DNA from: a bacterium | Lineage (GTDB): Bacteria; SZUA-182; DTGQ01 | Direction of reading: 5' to 3' | Length of the DNA stretch: 19,912 bases | Assembly: GCA_040752695.1 (NCBI GenBank) | Contig: JBFMGO010000111.1 | Span: forward strand, 1-19,912 | In this document: piece after piece, positions 7,994-16,739 of the stretch | How the letters are laid out: each line of letters begins with the position of its first letter | Numbering within the stretch: the stretch's first letter is position 1 | Translations under genes and position numbers: made by a program | The notes under the pieces: generated by a model | The model's input: the letters and a program-made list of their open reading frames with translations, nothing else | The model's database searches: none | What the model was told of the DNA's origin: nothing

Positions 7994-8701
7994 CTAGTTA
8001 GTCCCAGTTGAGATTTCCTGCAGTTTCCCCAGTTCCTGGAAGCCTAAAATGGCATTTCCGCCATTCTTTTTTACCTGGTATAGGGCTTTGTCTGCAAAGT
8101 CTATGAGTTGTCCAGGAGAAAAAACCTGGTCATCCGGAATTGAGGCCAGGCCAATGCTTATCGTAATATGGGTACTTATGCCATTATATCGGAACAGGTA
8201 GCAGGTGATCCGCTCCTGAATCTTCTGAGCGATTGTGAAGGCCCCCTGATAGCCGGTATTCGGGACGAGAATGCCGAACTCGTCTCCGCCATACCGGGCT
8301 ACAATATCCGTTTCTCTCAGCGGGTGCCTGAGCATGTATCCTAATTTTTTTAATACAAAATCACCGAACCGATGACCGTAGGTATCATTAATTGATTTGA
8401 AATGGTCTACATCCAGCATGATACAGGTTAGAGGCTCTTTATACCGTCTGGCTCGTTTGAATTCGATGTTTAATCTTTGGCGAAGATGCCGGTAATTAAA
8501 CAATCCGGTCTGGCCATCGCGGGAGCATTGCCTCTTCAATTTCTTAATGAGGGTATTGAGCTCATTATTTACTTTCATCAACTCGTTATTCAAGATTACG
8601 TAGTTCAAGTACTTAATCAGTAACTGCTGATAATCAAAAACTCGAAGAGGGAAAGAGTTCTTTTCTTTTTGCTTACTTAGCTCTATTTCCAAACTGCTCA
8701 T
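7994..8701 (-). CDS. Diguanylate cyclase (GGDEF domain) with an N-terminal coiled coil
   Basis: DGQTGLFN, MLDVDHFKSINDTYGHRFGD, I-site RETD, intact RYGGDEF, TISIG, ADKALY. Confidence 0.93.
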   Translation of the reverse strand: MSSLEIELSKQKEKNSFPLRVFDYQQLLIKYLNYVILNNELMKVNNELNTLIKKLKRQCSRDGQTGLFNYRHLRQRLNIEFKRARRYKEPLTCIMLDVDHFKSINDTYGHRFGDFVLKKLGYMLRHPLRETDIVARYGGDEFGILVPNTGYQGAFTIAQKIQERITCYLFRYNGISTHITISIGLASIPDDQVFSPGQLIDFADKALYQVKKNGGNAILGFQELGKLQEISTGTN

Positions 8702-8737
8702 GCATACCTCTCCATTCGGTAAATCATCGCAGATATC

Positions 8738-9145
8738 CTATCTGGTGCGTTTCTTCTTCGGGTGACATCCATCGCAACGCGTTGGCCCTGTTGGCTTTCC
8801 CTCTAGCTTTAAGTTGCTGTGGCAACCTCTGCATCTATTCATGTAAGCATCCCTAAGAGGGATCCCCTCTCCATTTTGTCCTGCATGGCAATCACTGCAT
8901 TTACCTGGTATTTTGGTCTCTGTCTGGTTCCATTCGTGATGACAGGCCTTGCAGGCAATAGAAAGATCGAGAGCATGCCCTCCGTGGTCAAACTGAACCC
9001 CTTCATAAATATCCGTTCTATAGGTCCCTTTATCAATGAATATCTTCTCTGGCATATTTTGACCACTGGCCCGGCTCTGTATTCCAAAACAAATAACTAC
9101 TAAACACAATATCGTCCATAACCATGCACTTCGTTTACACCCCAT
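8738..9145 (-). CDS. Periplasmic tetraheme class III cytochrome c (cytochrome c3-like); likely start MGCKRS at 9145
   Basis: Signal peptide, VQFDHGGH, four heme motifs CKACHH, CSDCH, CRGCH, CDGCH, and GPTRCDGCH at the end; GAGGAG upstream of the ATG at 9145. Confidence 0.92.
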   Translation of the reverse strand: MGCKRSAWLWTILCLVVICFGIQSRASGQNMPEKIFIDKGTYRTDIYEGVQFDHGGHALDLSIACKACHHEWNQTETKIPGKCSDCHAGQNGEGIPLRDAYMNRCRGCHSNLKLEGKPTGPTRCDGCHPKKKRTR

Positions 9146-9281
9146 CTCTCTCTCCTCATCTTGTCTTGAGCCTTTCTCAAAAAAAACGGCCAATGACAAG
9201 ATCTTAAGCCCCCATCCTTAACCTGTCCCCTCTAACTATGCTTTGCCTATTTCATATTGACTTCAGCTTGTCCTTACAAAG

Positions 9282-9298
9282 AGCAAAATTGATACCAG
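9282..9298 (-). promoter_or_regulatory. Sigma54 (-24/-12) promoter for the cytochrome c3-GGDEF pair
   Basis: Minus strand CTGGTATCAATTTTGCT = TGG-N10-GC with TTGC; an imperfect palindrome CTGTATGG-N5-CCTATACAG lies at about 9482-9503 upstream. Confidence 0.65.
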
Positions 9299-9687
9299 TG
9301 CTTAGCACGATTTAAAAGAGAGATTCCGAGAATTTCCGGCGTAAGGCCAACACCTGCTATTCCGCCCGTTCGTTATTTACTATGATATTTCTCATCTCCT
9401 ACTGAAAAGGTATCAGGAAAATATCCCCTGCGGATAGAAGCGGGAAAGAGTATAAAAAATATTTCATCAGGCATAATTTTTCTGTATGGTCAAACCTATA
9501 CAGGCGGCAAAACATGATGTCTTTACCTGTTCCAACAGGGGCCCCTCTCTTTCCCCCCTCCATTCCTTTGAATGATTGCATCTGTTACCGAATGTTTTGG
9601 GGTAGCCGCTTATTCTTAGAGCGAACATAAGAAAACCGTTTTAGTCTTGGTAAAAATCGAGTATAATAAGAAACTATTTCAAAATAG

Positions 9688-9792
9688 CTATACTTTTGCA
9701 TTTTTTAATAAGTGCTTGAAATACTGATAGCTTCGCACTAACCATCCGTCATTCCCGCGAAAGCGGGAATGACAAAAAGTGCAAAAGTATAG
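9688..9792 (-). mobile_element. 105-bp MITE, copy 2 (inverted relative to copy 1)
   Basis: TIRs CTATACTTTTGCATTTTTT / AAAAAGTGCAAAAGTATAG; 7-bp direct repeat AAAATAG (9681-9687, 9793-9799); colinear with copy 1. Confidence 0.85.
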
Positions 9793-10043
9793 AAAATAGG
9801 ATCTTATATGAAAAATCCCCTGTCCTCTTTTATAAAAGGGGAAAAGAGATGCTTTGAATAAGGAGGGGGGGAAGTTTCTTGGAAAGGGAGGAAGTTTTTG
9901 CCTTACATTGGGTGGCTGGTATTGCACCCTCAATGCCGAAACGAATTGATCTGCATCCTGTGGCTGTTTCTTACGGGAGTGAAAATGGAAGACCTTACTT
10001 ACACCAGCTTTAGGGAAGTATTGGAGAGCAAGGAGAGACTTCT

Positions 10044-10649
10044 GTGCATAATACAATACGTTTAATCTCAGTTCCTTTTATCAGTGCCTTGATCGGTTGG
10101 TTTACCAATTACCTGGCTGTTCGTATGATCTTTCATCCATATCAGCCCATTGGTTTTGGACCTTTTAAAATTCAGGGGCTGATTCCGAAACGAAGAGAGG
10201 AACTGGCCGTAAGTATTGGAAAGACGGTTTCAAGCCATCTCGTATCCCATGCGGACATTACCGATGGTCTTAGGTCGGTCGATATTGATGAATCCTTTCA
10301 GAAAATTATTGACGAAAAAATGGAAGAATTTATCAATCGGAAACTGCTTTCCTTTAATCCAATGGTAGCAATGTTTATTAATAATGATATCAAAACCAAA
10401 ATCAAGATGGATATTATTTCCGAACTGATACTTTTACTGCCTGAACTGACTGAAAAGTTTGCCAGCGGCCTTGAGAGCCGCCTTGATATGCAGTCCTTGG
10501 TGACTGATCGGATCAGGTCCTTTGAGCTGGAAAAACTTGAGCGGATTATCCTGGAAATATCATCACGTGAATTAAAAGCCATAGAAATCTATGGGGGGAT
10601 CCTGGGATTCATGATCGGACTTATCCAGGTAGGTTTGATTGTCTTGTAA
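10044..10649 (+). CDS. DUF445 / UPF0754 (YheB-like) membrane protein
   Basis: ALIGWFTNYLAVRMIFHP...QGLIPKRREELA N-terminus and RELKAIEIYGGILGFMIGLIQ C-terminus; GTG start with AAGGAG SD. Confidence 0.88.
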   Translation: MHNTIRLISVPFISALIGWFTNYLAVRMIFHPYQPIGFGPFKIQGLIPKRREELAVSIGKTVSSHLVSHADITDGLRSVDIDESFQKIIDEKMEEFINRKLLSFNPMVAMFINNDIKTKIKMDIISELILLLPELTEKFASGLESRLDMQSLVTDRIRSFELEKLERIILEISSRELKAIEIYGGILGFMIGLIQVGLIVL

Positions 10650-10696
10650 AATCCATATATTATCAAAATGCCGGCTTATGGGATCGTGGATGCAGG

Positions 10697-10770
10697 GATA
10701 TACCCACTACCTTGGCATACTGATACCAAGGATACTGATACCAGGCAACCAGATACCGGGGATGCTGACC
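10697..10770 (+). repeat. Degenerate 15-bp tandem repeat (GATACTGATACCAAG) between convergent genes
   Basis: catactgataccaag / gatactgataccagg / caaccagataccggg / gatgctgaccc. Confidence 0.55.
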
Positions 10771-10916
10771 CCTTAAGGAGATGACTGCTGAGGGCGCCGG
10801 CTGGAAGCCAGCGGCAATGATCTATCAAGGGAAGCCCTCGGCAATTATTCATATGGGGGTACGGAAAATATATGTATATCTTGTTGGCACCAAAAACTGT
10901 GCAGGCGATTGTCGCA

Positions 10917-12161
10917 TCAAAAGCTGCGCATGCGATTGTGCTGATTTCGATCGATTGAATGCCTTGGTTTTCCTTTCTTTTTCTGAGATATGGCATCCTG
11001 ATACAGATTAATTAATATCTGGTAGTTCTTTTCACTCGTATATTTTTCTTCATATTCTGTTCTGGCCTTTTCTCTCATCGATGTCAAAATATCCCGGTTT
11101 TTCCAAAGCCATGAGACTTTCTCTGCCAGCCCCAAAGCATCCCCGGTGGGAAAGAGGCATCCGCTGGTGCCGTCGATCACCAGGTGTTCCATCCCTCCCA
11201 GATCACTGGCAATTACGGGAACTCCATAGGCATAGGACTTGATAATGGTAGTTGGGAAGGTTTCATAGGATTCTTTTGGGAAAACAAGCAATAAGGCGTG
11301 GGACAGATGATGCATACAGTCCTCCTTGGACTGCCAGCCTAAAAAGCTTATGTTTGCATTATTGGAGCAGACATCGAGCACGTCCTGCTTGAGCGAGCCA
11401 TCCCCCAGGATTCTCAAGGGAATATCGGGAAGAGAGGACCAGGCACTCAGGAGCGTGCGAATTCCGTTTTCTTCAGTAAGCTTTCCGAGAAAGAGAACAT
11501 AATCTTCAACCTCTCTTGATTCAAGCAGTCCTTCATCACTCAGATGGGGTTTCACGACCACTTTATGATCTGGAAATCCATAGTCGATCAGCCGGTCCTT
11601 AATGAACCGGGTTGGGACGAGATAATAATCAATGCTTCCATGGTGAGCTTTTTGGCTCCAGTGATCTCTGATCATTTTCACGACGTCTACTGTCTGGGGT
11701 TGATTATCCCGGCAGCATTTTTGCTGCTCATCTCCTTTCAATAGTGCTTGTTTCATGCATGAAATGCACAGTTTGTTCGAATAAAAGAGGGTTGATTTTG
11801 GGCACAATGCTTCATATCGGTATAAACTCTGAATGAGCGCGATATCCAATTTCTGACAGGCGTTGTACAGAGACGCAGATTCCATCGAGGTTGCATTATA
11901 GATATGGACCACGTTCGGATGGTGTTTGTGTATCAGTTGGATGACCGGAGAAGATGACCGGTCTCGCCAGTTGTTGTGCCTTCCTTGCAGATGCGGGCTT
12001 TGCGGCATGTGGTACCTGACGATAGTATCGTTTTTTTTATTTTCCTGCCCAACGCAAATTATCCGGTGGCCATTTTTTCTCAATAGCCTCTTATCAGCTT
12101 CAGCAACCCAATCTTTCCCTCCCTGCGATTGAACATCATGACATACTTGCAAGATCTTCAT
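10917..12161 (-). CDS. GT4 (GT-B fold) glycosyltransferase, divergent; likely start MKILQV at 12161
   Basis: MKILQV..GG N-terminus, VLFLGKLTEENGI, ILGDG, FLGW, YETFPTTIIKSYAYGVPVIASDLGG, VIDGTSGCLF. Confidence 0.85.
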   Translation of the reverse strand: MKILQVCHDVQSQGGKDWVAEADKRLLRKNGHRIICVGQENKKNDTIVRYHMPQSPHLQGRHNNWRDRSSSPVIQLIHKHHPNVVHIYNATSMESASLYNACQKLDIALIQSLYRYEALCPKSTLFYSNKLCISCMKQALLKGDEQQKCCRDNQPQTVDVVKMIRDHWSQKAHHGSIDYYLVPTRFIKDRLIDYGFPDHKVVVKPHLSDEGLLESREVEDYVLFLGKLTEENGIRTLLSAWSSLPDIPLRILGDGSLKQDVLDVCSNNANISFLGWQSKEDCMHHLSHALLLVFPKESYETFPTTIIKSYAYGVPVIASDLGGMEHLVIDGTSGCLFPTGDALGLAEKVSWLWKNRDILTSMREKARTEYEEKYTSEKNYQILINLYQDAISQKKKGKPRHSIDRNQHNRMRSF

Positions 12162-12425
12162 GTTTGGACTCTCCGGTATATTTTGCACATTACAACCAAG
12201 TCAGAGATCAATGAGCTACCCACTGGATCTACGAATAACTTTTTCAGGTTTTGATTGTGCGCAGGTTTATATAATTAATATAAAAGTTAGATACATAATT
12301 TATGTAGATACATCGGTGGGATAACTTAAAATACGCTACGAAAAATTTCGGGTCCCAGCGGAATTTATGGTAAGCTGGTTAACGTAACACCAATAACGAG
12401 ATCCTCGAAATGAAATGGAAAACCT

Positions 12426-12468
12426 ATACAAACCCCTCCCCCTTTTTTCAGGGGGGAAGGGTTTGTAT
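12426..12468 (-). terminator. Strong stem-loop, probable intrinsic terminator
   Basis: ATACAAACCCCTCCCCC ... GGGGGAAGGGTTTGTAT arms; T-rich sequence follows on the minus strand. Confidence 0.5.
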
Positions 12469-12733
12469 TGCTTGTTGAACAAGTAAAATGAATTCCAGGA
12501 CTTTATTCTAGGATTATATTACCTGCCGCCTACCCTCCTTTCTTTGATCCTCTATGGATGGACATGTTTTTTGATCACTATTCAACTTATGCAATAAGCC
12601 TGTTATTTTCTTTTTCAACCCAACTTCTCGGAATATCACTTCTCTTGAAGAATCCCCTTCTCTTGCTCTATTCTTCTCTTGGAATATATCCCTCTCTTCT
12701 AGCCATCTCTCTATACTGAGAGACGAAGAGACT

Positions 12734-12815
12734 ATCCCAAGACCTCATTTCAGATGAACGGTTTCACCTGTGGCCGGGATGAACGGTTTCACCTGTGGCC
12801 GGGAGGTTTGGGGAT
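12734..12815 (-). repeat. Hairpin immediately 3' of the 12821 gene, whose loop contains an exact 2 x 25-bp tandem duplication
   Basis: ATCCCAAGACCTC / GAGGTTTGGGGAT arms; GATGAACGGTTTCACCTGTGGCCGG at 12753 and 12778. Confidence 0.7.
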
Positions 12816-12820
12816 GGCCA

Positions 12821-13399
12821 CTAAATCAGCGGTAGTAAGCCAGTGAGCCCAGGGAGAACTGCTGTTGTAGTAGGAAGGAGAGCTGTAGGAACAATGGCAG
12901 TAGGAGCGAGTGCAGGAGGTACAAAGGCCGTCGTTGTCGTTGAAATCGTAAGGGTTTGAGTATAAGGCTTCGTGGTCGCTGCTGCGACGGACAATAGTGC
13001 CGGCAGGAGCAGGGCAAGTGAAGTGGGAGCTACAGTCGGAGCAGGGACTAACGCTGCCGTTGGCGCAACCGCAAGTCCGGTAAGAGGTATGGCACTGACA
13101 TTTACTACAGACAGTGCGGGATTAAAAATAATAGTGATGGTCGCTGCCGCGTTTCTCACTGGCCTGGCAGCCATTGGAGCAAGAAGAGGTTGTGGAAGAG
13201 CAGTTTGGAGAGGGGGCATGCCTAATGGCCAGGGTGCAAAAGGTAGCGGTGGATAAAGGGGGGGGACTGGGGGTGCATAGAAAAAAGGTGCCCGGGCTCC
13301 AAAAGCTCCTGGAAATGTTAACATCTGAGCTTTTCCGGAACTGACTGCGAATAACATAATTGCTGCTGTTATAAAGAGTAATGAGATCCACTTTCTCAT
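12821..13399 (-). CDS. Secreted Pro/Ala/Thr/Leu-rich protein with no acidic residues (array family A)
   Basis: AAGGAGG SD; signal peptide ending SGKA|Q; FFYAPP Pro-rich segment; RNAAAT motif; no D or E in 192 aa. Confidence 0.85.
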   Translation of the reverse strand: MRKWISLLFITAAIMLFAVSSGKAQMLTFPGAFGARAPFFYAPPVPPLYPPLPFAPWPLGMPPLQTALPQPLLAPMAARPVRNAAATITIIFNPALSVVNVSAIPLTGLAVAPTAALVPAPTVAPTSLALLLPALLSVAAATTKPYTQTLTISTTTTAFVPPALAPTAIVPTALLPTTTAVLPGLTGLLPLI

Positions 13400-13452
13400 T
13401 TTGGGTTTCCTCCTTCATGGTAATGTATCCTGGGGTTTTTAAAAAAATGTTT

Positions 13453-13533
13453 TTAATGAATAGTTGGGCCGTAAAAGCTAAATAGTAATAGTAGGGGATG
13501 TTCTCCTCTTCCATCTCCAATAGAGACTTTCAT
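13453..13533 (-). CDS. Possible 26-aa small ORF (MKVSIGDGRGEHPLLLLFSFYGPTIH)
   Basis: Perfect extended SD AGGAGGTGAT just before the ATG; fills the gap between the sulfatase-TPR gene and the 12821 gene. Confidence 0.3.
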   Translation of the reverse strand: MKVSIGDGRGEHPLLLLFSFYGPTIH

Positions 13534-13555
13534 GTATCACCTCCTGTTGCGAAAA

Positions 13556-16500
13556 TTAAAATGTGGTTAATCCGGAGTGTTGATAACTCTCCTGTTGTCT
13601 AATGACATCCATAAGCGCTCGGGCTTGCGTGTTGTCCGGCTCAAGTCGGATGATCTCGCTTAATTCTTCCAGTGATTCCCGGTAATTTCTCTGATACATG
13701 AGTGCCAGAGCCAGGTTATAATGAATTTTCGTGTTCTCAGGGGATATCTTTTTCGCTTTTTGCCATGCTTCTTTTGCTTTTTCAAGATCTCCCTGGCGGT
13801 AATAGGCAGTACCCATATTGATCAATGCCTCCGAATGTGACGGGGCTTTGTCAAGGATCTTCTGCCACGACCGGATTGCCTCTTCAATATTTTCCTGTTT
13901 CAGATAGGCAGTGCCTATGTGGAGGTAAGGCTCTTGCGCATTTGGATCAATCTCGATGACTTCTCTCCAGAGGGAAATGGCTTGTGGATATTCTGATGCC
14001 TGAAAGTGGACAGCAGCTAAATTCATCAGTGGTGTGGTATCGCGGGGGGCAAGCCGATGGGACTCCTCCCATTCTTTTATCGCCTCTTGTGCCCTGCCCA
14101 ACTCGTCATAGAGGATGTGTCCCATGAGCTGATGCGCTTCCAGGTTATCCGGGTCGATCTCCACCGATTTTTTAAGGTTGAAAAGCGATTTTTCAAAGGA
14201 CCGCAGGTTGGAATAAGTCTTCCCTAATGAAAGATAGATATCCGCTCTGGCCTGTCCTGTTTTCAGTGCAGATTCGAAGGGAGCAACCGCAGCTTCATAT
14301 TCTCCCAGCGTAAAGCAGGTGAGGCCAAGGTAGTTCCATGCATCCTGGTTGTCCGGGAAAAGTCTGGTTGCCTGCTGGTATTGCTCCTTAGCCTTGGCCA
14401 GTTCGCCCTCTTTAAAATAGATCGTTCCCAGATTGACGAACGCCTCTGAATAGGCCGGTCTTATCGCAAGAGCTTTCTTAAAAGCATCTTCAGCCTTGTC
14501 ATATGAACCTTGCGCCAGATAGAGACTGCCGATATTGTTAAGGGTTTCCGGTCGGTTGGGATCGATCTCAACGGAATGCAAAAACTCCCTGAGCGCCTCG
14601 TCCAGCATGGCTTTTCGGAAATAGACCACTCCCAGATTATTGTGTGCCTCGAGGTGTTCAGGCGTAATCTGCAATACCTTCTGAAAATCTGCACTTGCTT
14701 CTTCCATATCTCCTTTTTCAAGGGCTATTTCGCCTAAAAGATTGAGTGCATCACTATGGTTAGGATCAATCTCGATGGCTGAACGCGCGGATGAAATGGC
14801 CTCGTCGATAAGCCCCATCTCTTTGTAAGTCGTACCCAGGTTATAGTAGACATCGATGTACTCGGCCTCTTTCAAGGCTATCTTGAACTCTTTTACCGCA
14901 TCTTCGAATTTCCCCATTTCATGATAGACGACTCCAAGATGATTGCGAGCGTCCATGTAGCCAGGCTGGAGAGATAAAACGCGGAGGAAACTTTTATGGG
15001 CCTGTTCGAACTTTCTCATTTTTTCCTGTATGCAGCCAAGGTAGAAGAAAGCTGAGACATTTTCCGGGCTGGCTTCCAAAATTTTTTCAAACTCGCTCTC
15101 GGCAAGTTCATAGGACCCGAGGTAATAATAAGAAAGCCCCCGGTCGATCCTCTCAATCAGTTGAACCATATCCTTTGGGTCGGGTCTTTTTTTAACCGCT
15201 TCGGTATCCTTTTGGACCATGCGAAGGTAGCCCAGGCTTTCAAGCCGACGCAAGACGGCCTCGTCCTTTATCATGCCTGACTCTTTTTTTCCCTTCTGGA
15301 GTTTTTCCTCAAGGCCGGACAGCTTTTTTTCCCACTCCAGGGCAAGCTGAGGCTGATCCGACAAGAGATTCTTTTTTTCAAGGGGATCTTCCGACAGATG
15401 ATAGAGCTCGGACCTGGGTGCCTTGACATATTTCCAGTCACTTGTTCTTATCCCTTCGATTTTGCTCCACCCGAAATTAAGTTCCGGATAGAGAGTTTGG
15501 CAAAAGATTTCCTGATGAAGGGGTTGACTTTCCCCTCCGAGAAGGGGAACGAGACTTTTGCCAGGCAACTGGTCGATAGGGACAGCGCCGGGCTGAAGAG
15601 AAAAAAGATCCATAATGGTCGGGAAAATGTCCAGAGTGGTAACCATCGAGGTTATTTTTGTTTTTGCCTTTTGAGACGGAATGAGCCCGGATGGAGCGCT
15701 CATGATCAAAGGAACATGGAGAGTTGAATCATAAATGAAAATGGTATGCGTAGGCTCATTATGCTCATATAAGCCTTCGCCATGATCAGCGGTCAGGATG
15801 ATGAGCGTCTTGTCCGATACTCCCATTTCCTTTAATCCATGGAACAAATCTCCAATGCATTTATCAGTATATGCAATTTCACCATCATAAAGGCGTTGTT
15901 TATATTCTTCCTTGAATGGAGAGGGGGGAAGATACAGAGCATGGGGGTCGAAATAATGAACCCAGAGGAAAAAGGAATGGTTATGATTTCCCTTTAGCCA
16001 TCGCAAGGCGGATTGCGTTACTTCTTCAGCCCTTCGTTCGCTATCCAACGGCCCTGCAACTCTGTTTTTTCTGGGAAGAGAGTCATCATATAAATCGAAG
16101 CCCTGATCAAGACCGAATATGGAATCCAGAACATAGGCACCGACACAGGCACCGGTAAGATACCCCTTCGATTTCATGACCTCTGCAAGAGTGGTTATCT
16201 TTTCTCCCAGAATGAAAGTTCCGTTGTTCATGACGCCGTGTTGAAGTGGATACAATCCGGTCATGATCGAAACATGAGAGGGTAAGGTGATCGGCACCGG
16301 AGTGATGGCCTGAGTAAAGAGGATTCCTTCTGACGCCAGGGCATCGATAGCCGGGGTATTCACATCCTGATAGCCATAGCACCCGAGGTGATCTGCCCGC
16401 AGGGTGTCTATGGTAATGAGAAGAAGGTTATAGGATGGTTTTTTTGGTTCATGAACTGCGGCCCCTGCTGCTGGCGTCGTAGAATTTATCAATGACCATA

Positions 16501-16579
16501 GAAGTGGCAAGACCGATAAAAAGGAACACAGAAGAAGGAATGATGATGATCGCTTAGCTTGGCATTTTCTCTTTTGCAT
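13556..16579 (-). CDS. Exported sulfatase-like (alkaline phosphatase superfamily) hydrolase/transferase with a long C-terminal TPR array
   Basis: LLITIDTLRADHLGCYG, PITLPSHVSIMTG, WVHYFDPH, YDGEIAYTD, TADHGE, RLESLGY linker, then roughly 14-15 TPR repeats; N-terminal signal/TM. Confidence 0.92.
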   Translation of the reverse strand: MQKRKCQAKRSSSFLLLCSFLSVLPLLWSLINSTTPAAGAAVHEPKKPSYNLLLITIDTLRADHLGCYGYQDVNTPAIDALASEGILFTQAITPVPITLPSHVSIMTGLYPLQHGVMNNGTFILGEKITTLAEVMKSKGYLTGACVGAYVLDSIFGLDQGFDLYDDSLPRKNRVAGPLDSERRAEEVTQSALRWLKGNHNHSFFLWVHYFDPHALYLPPSPFKEEYKQRLYDGEIAYTDKCIGDLFHGLKEMGVSDKTLIILTADHGEGLYEHNEPTHTIFIYDSTLHVPLIMSAPSGLIPSQKAKTKITSMVTTLDIFPTIMDLFSLQPGAVPIDQLPGKSLVPLLGGESQPLHQEIFCQTLYPELNFGWSKIEGIRTSDWKYVKAPRSELYHLSEDPLEKKNLLSDQPQLALEWEKKLSGLEEKLQKGKKESGMIKDEAVLRRLESLGYLRMVQKDTEAVKKRPDPKDMVQLIERIDRGLSYYYLGSYELAESEFEKILEASPENVSAFFYLGCIQEKMRKFEQAHKSFLRVLSLQPGYMDARNHLGVVYHEMGKFEDAVKEFKIALKEAEYIDVYYNLGTTYKEMGLIDEAISSARSAIEIDPNHSDALNLLGEIALEKGDMEEASADFQKVLQITPEHLEAHNNLGVVYFRKAMLDEALREFLHSVEIDPNRPETLNNIGSLYLAQGSYDKAEDAFKKALAIRPAYSEAFVNLGTIYFKEGELAKAKEQYQQATRLFPDNQDAWNYLGLTCFTLGEYEAAVAPFESALKTGQARADIYLSLGKTYSNLRSFEKSLFNLKKSVEIDPDNLEAHQLMGHILYDELGRAQEAIKEWEESHRLAPRDTTPLMNLAAVHFQASEYPQAISLWREVIEIDPNAQEPYLHIGTAYLKQENIEEAIRSWQKILDKAPSHSEALINMGTAYYRQGDLEKAKEAWQKAKKISPENTKIHYNLALALMYQRNYRESLEELSEIIRLEPDNTQARALMDVIRQQESYQHSGLTTF

Positions 16580-16610
16580 TTTGGGGATACCTCATTTACC
16601 CAGTAAGAAA

Positions 16611-16699
16611 TTCCACATAAGTCTAAAGTCTCGGTATGATTTTGGATACTCGGCAGGTCAGCTATCCGGCTCATACCAAAACTTTTAGACTTATGGGAA
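16611..16699 (-). other. Long imperfect hairpin (89 nt) between the beta-domain gene trio and the sulfatase-TPR gene
   Basis: TTCCACATAAGTCTAAAG / CTTTTAGACTTATGGGAA outer arms; GGTATGA/TCATACC and GGATA/TATCC inner arms. Confidence 0.65.
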
Positions 16700-16739
16700 G
16701 TTAACTCATAAATAACAACACTTCTTACGCAATACAGCC

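Noticed and set aside
9688..10056. 122-aa minus-strand ORF
   Set aside because: Runs through the MITE and low-complexity sequence; spurious
12753..12802. Mini-CRISPR from the 25-bp repeat
   Set aside because: Two copies directly adjacent with no spacer; a simple tandem duplication
13556..16579. Formylglycine-dependent arylsulfatase
   Set aside because: No [CS]xPxR motif; Thr and His occupy those positions
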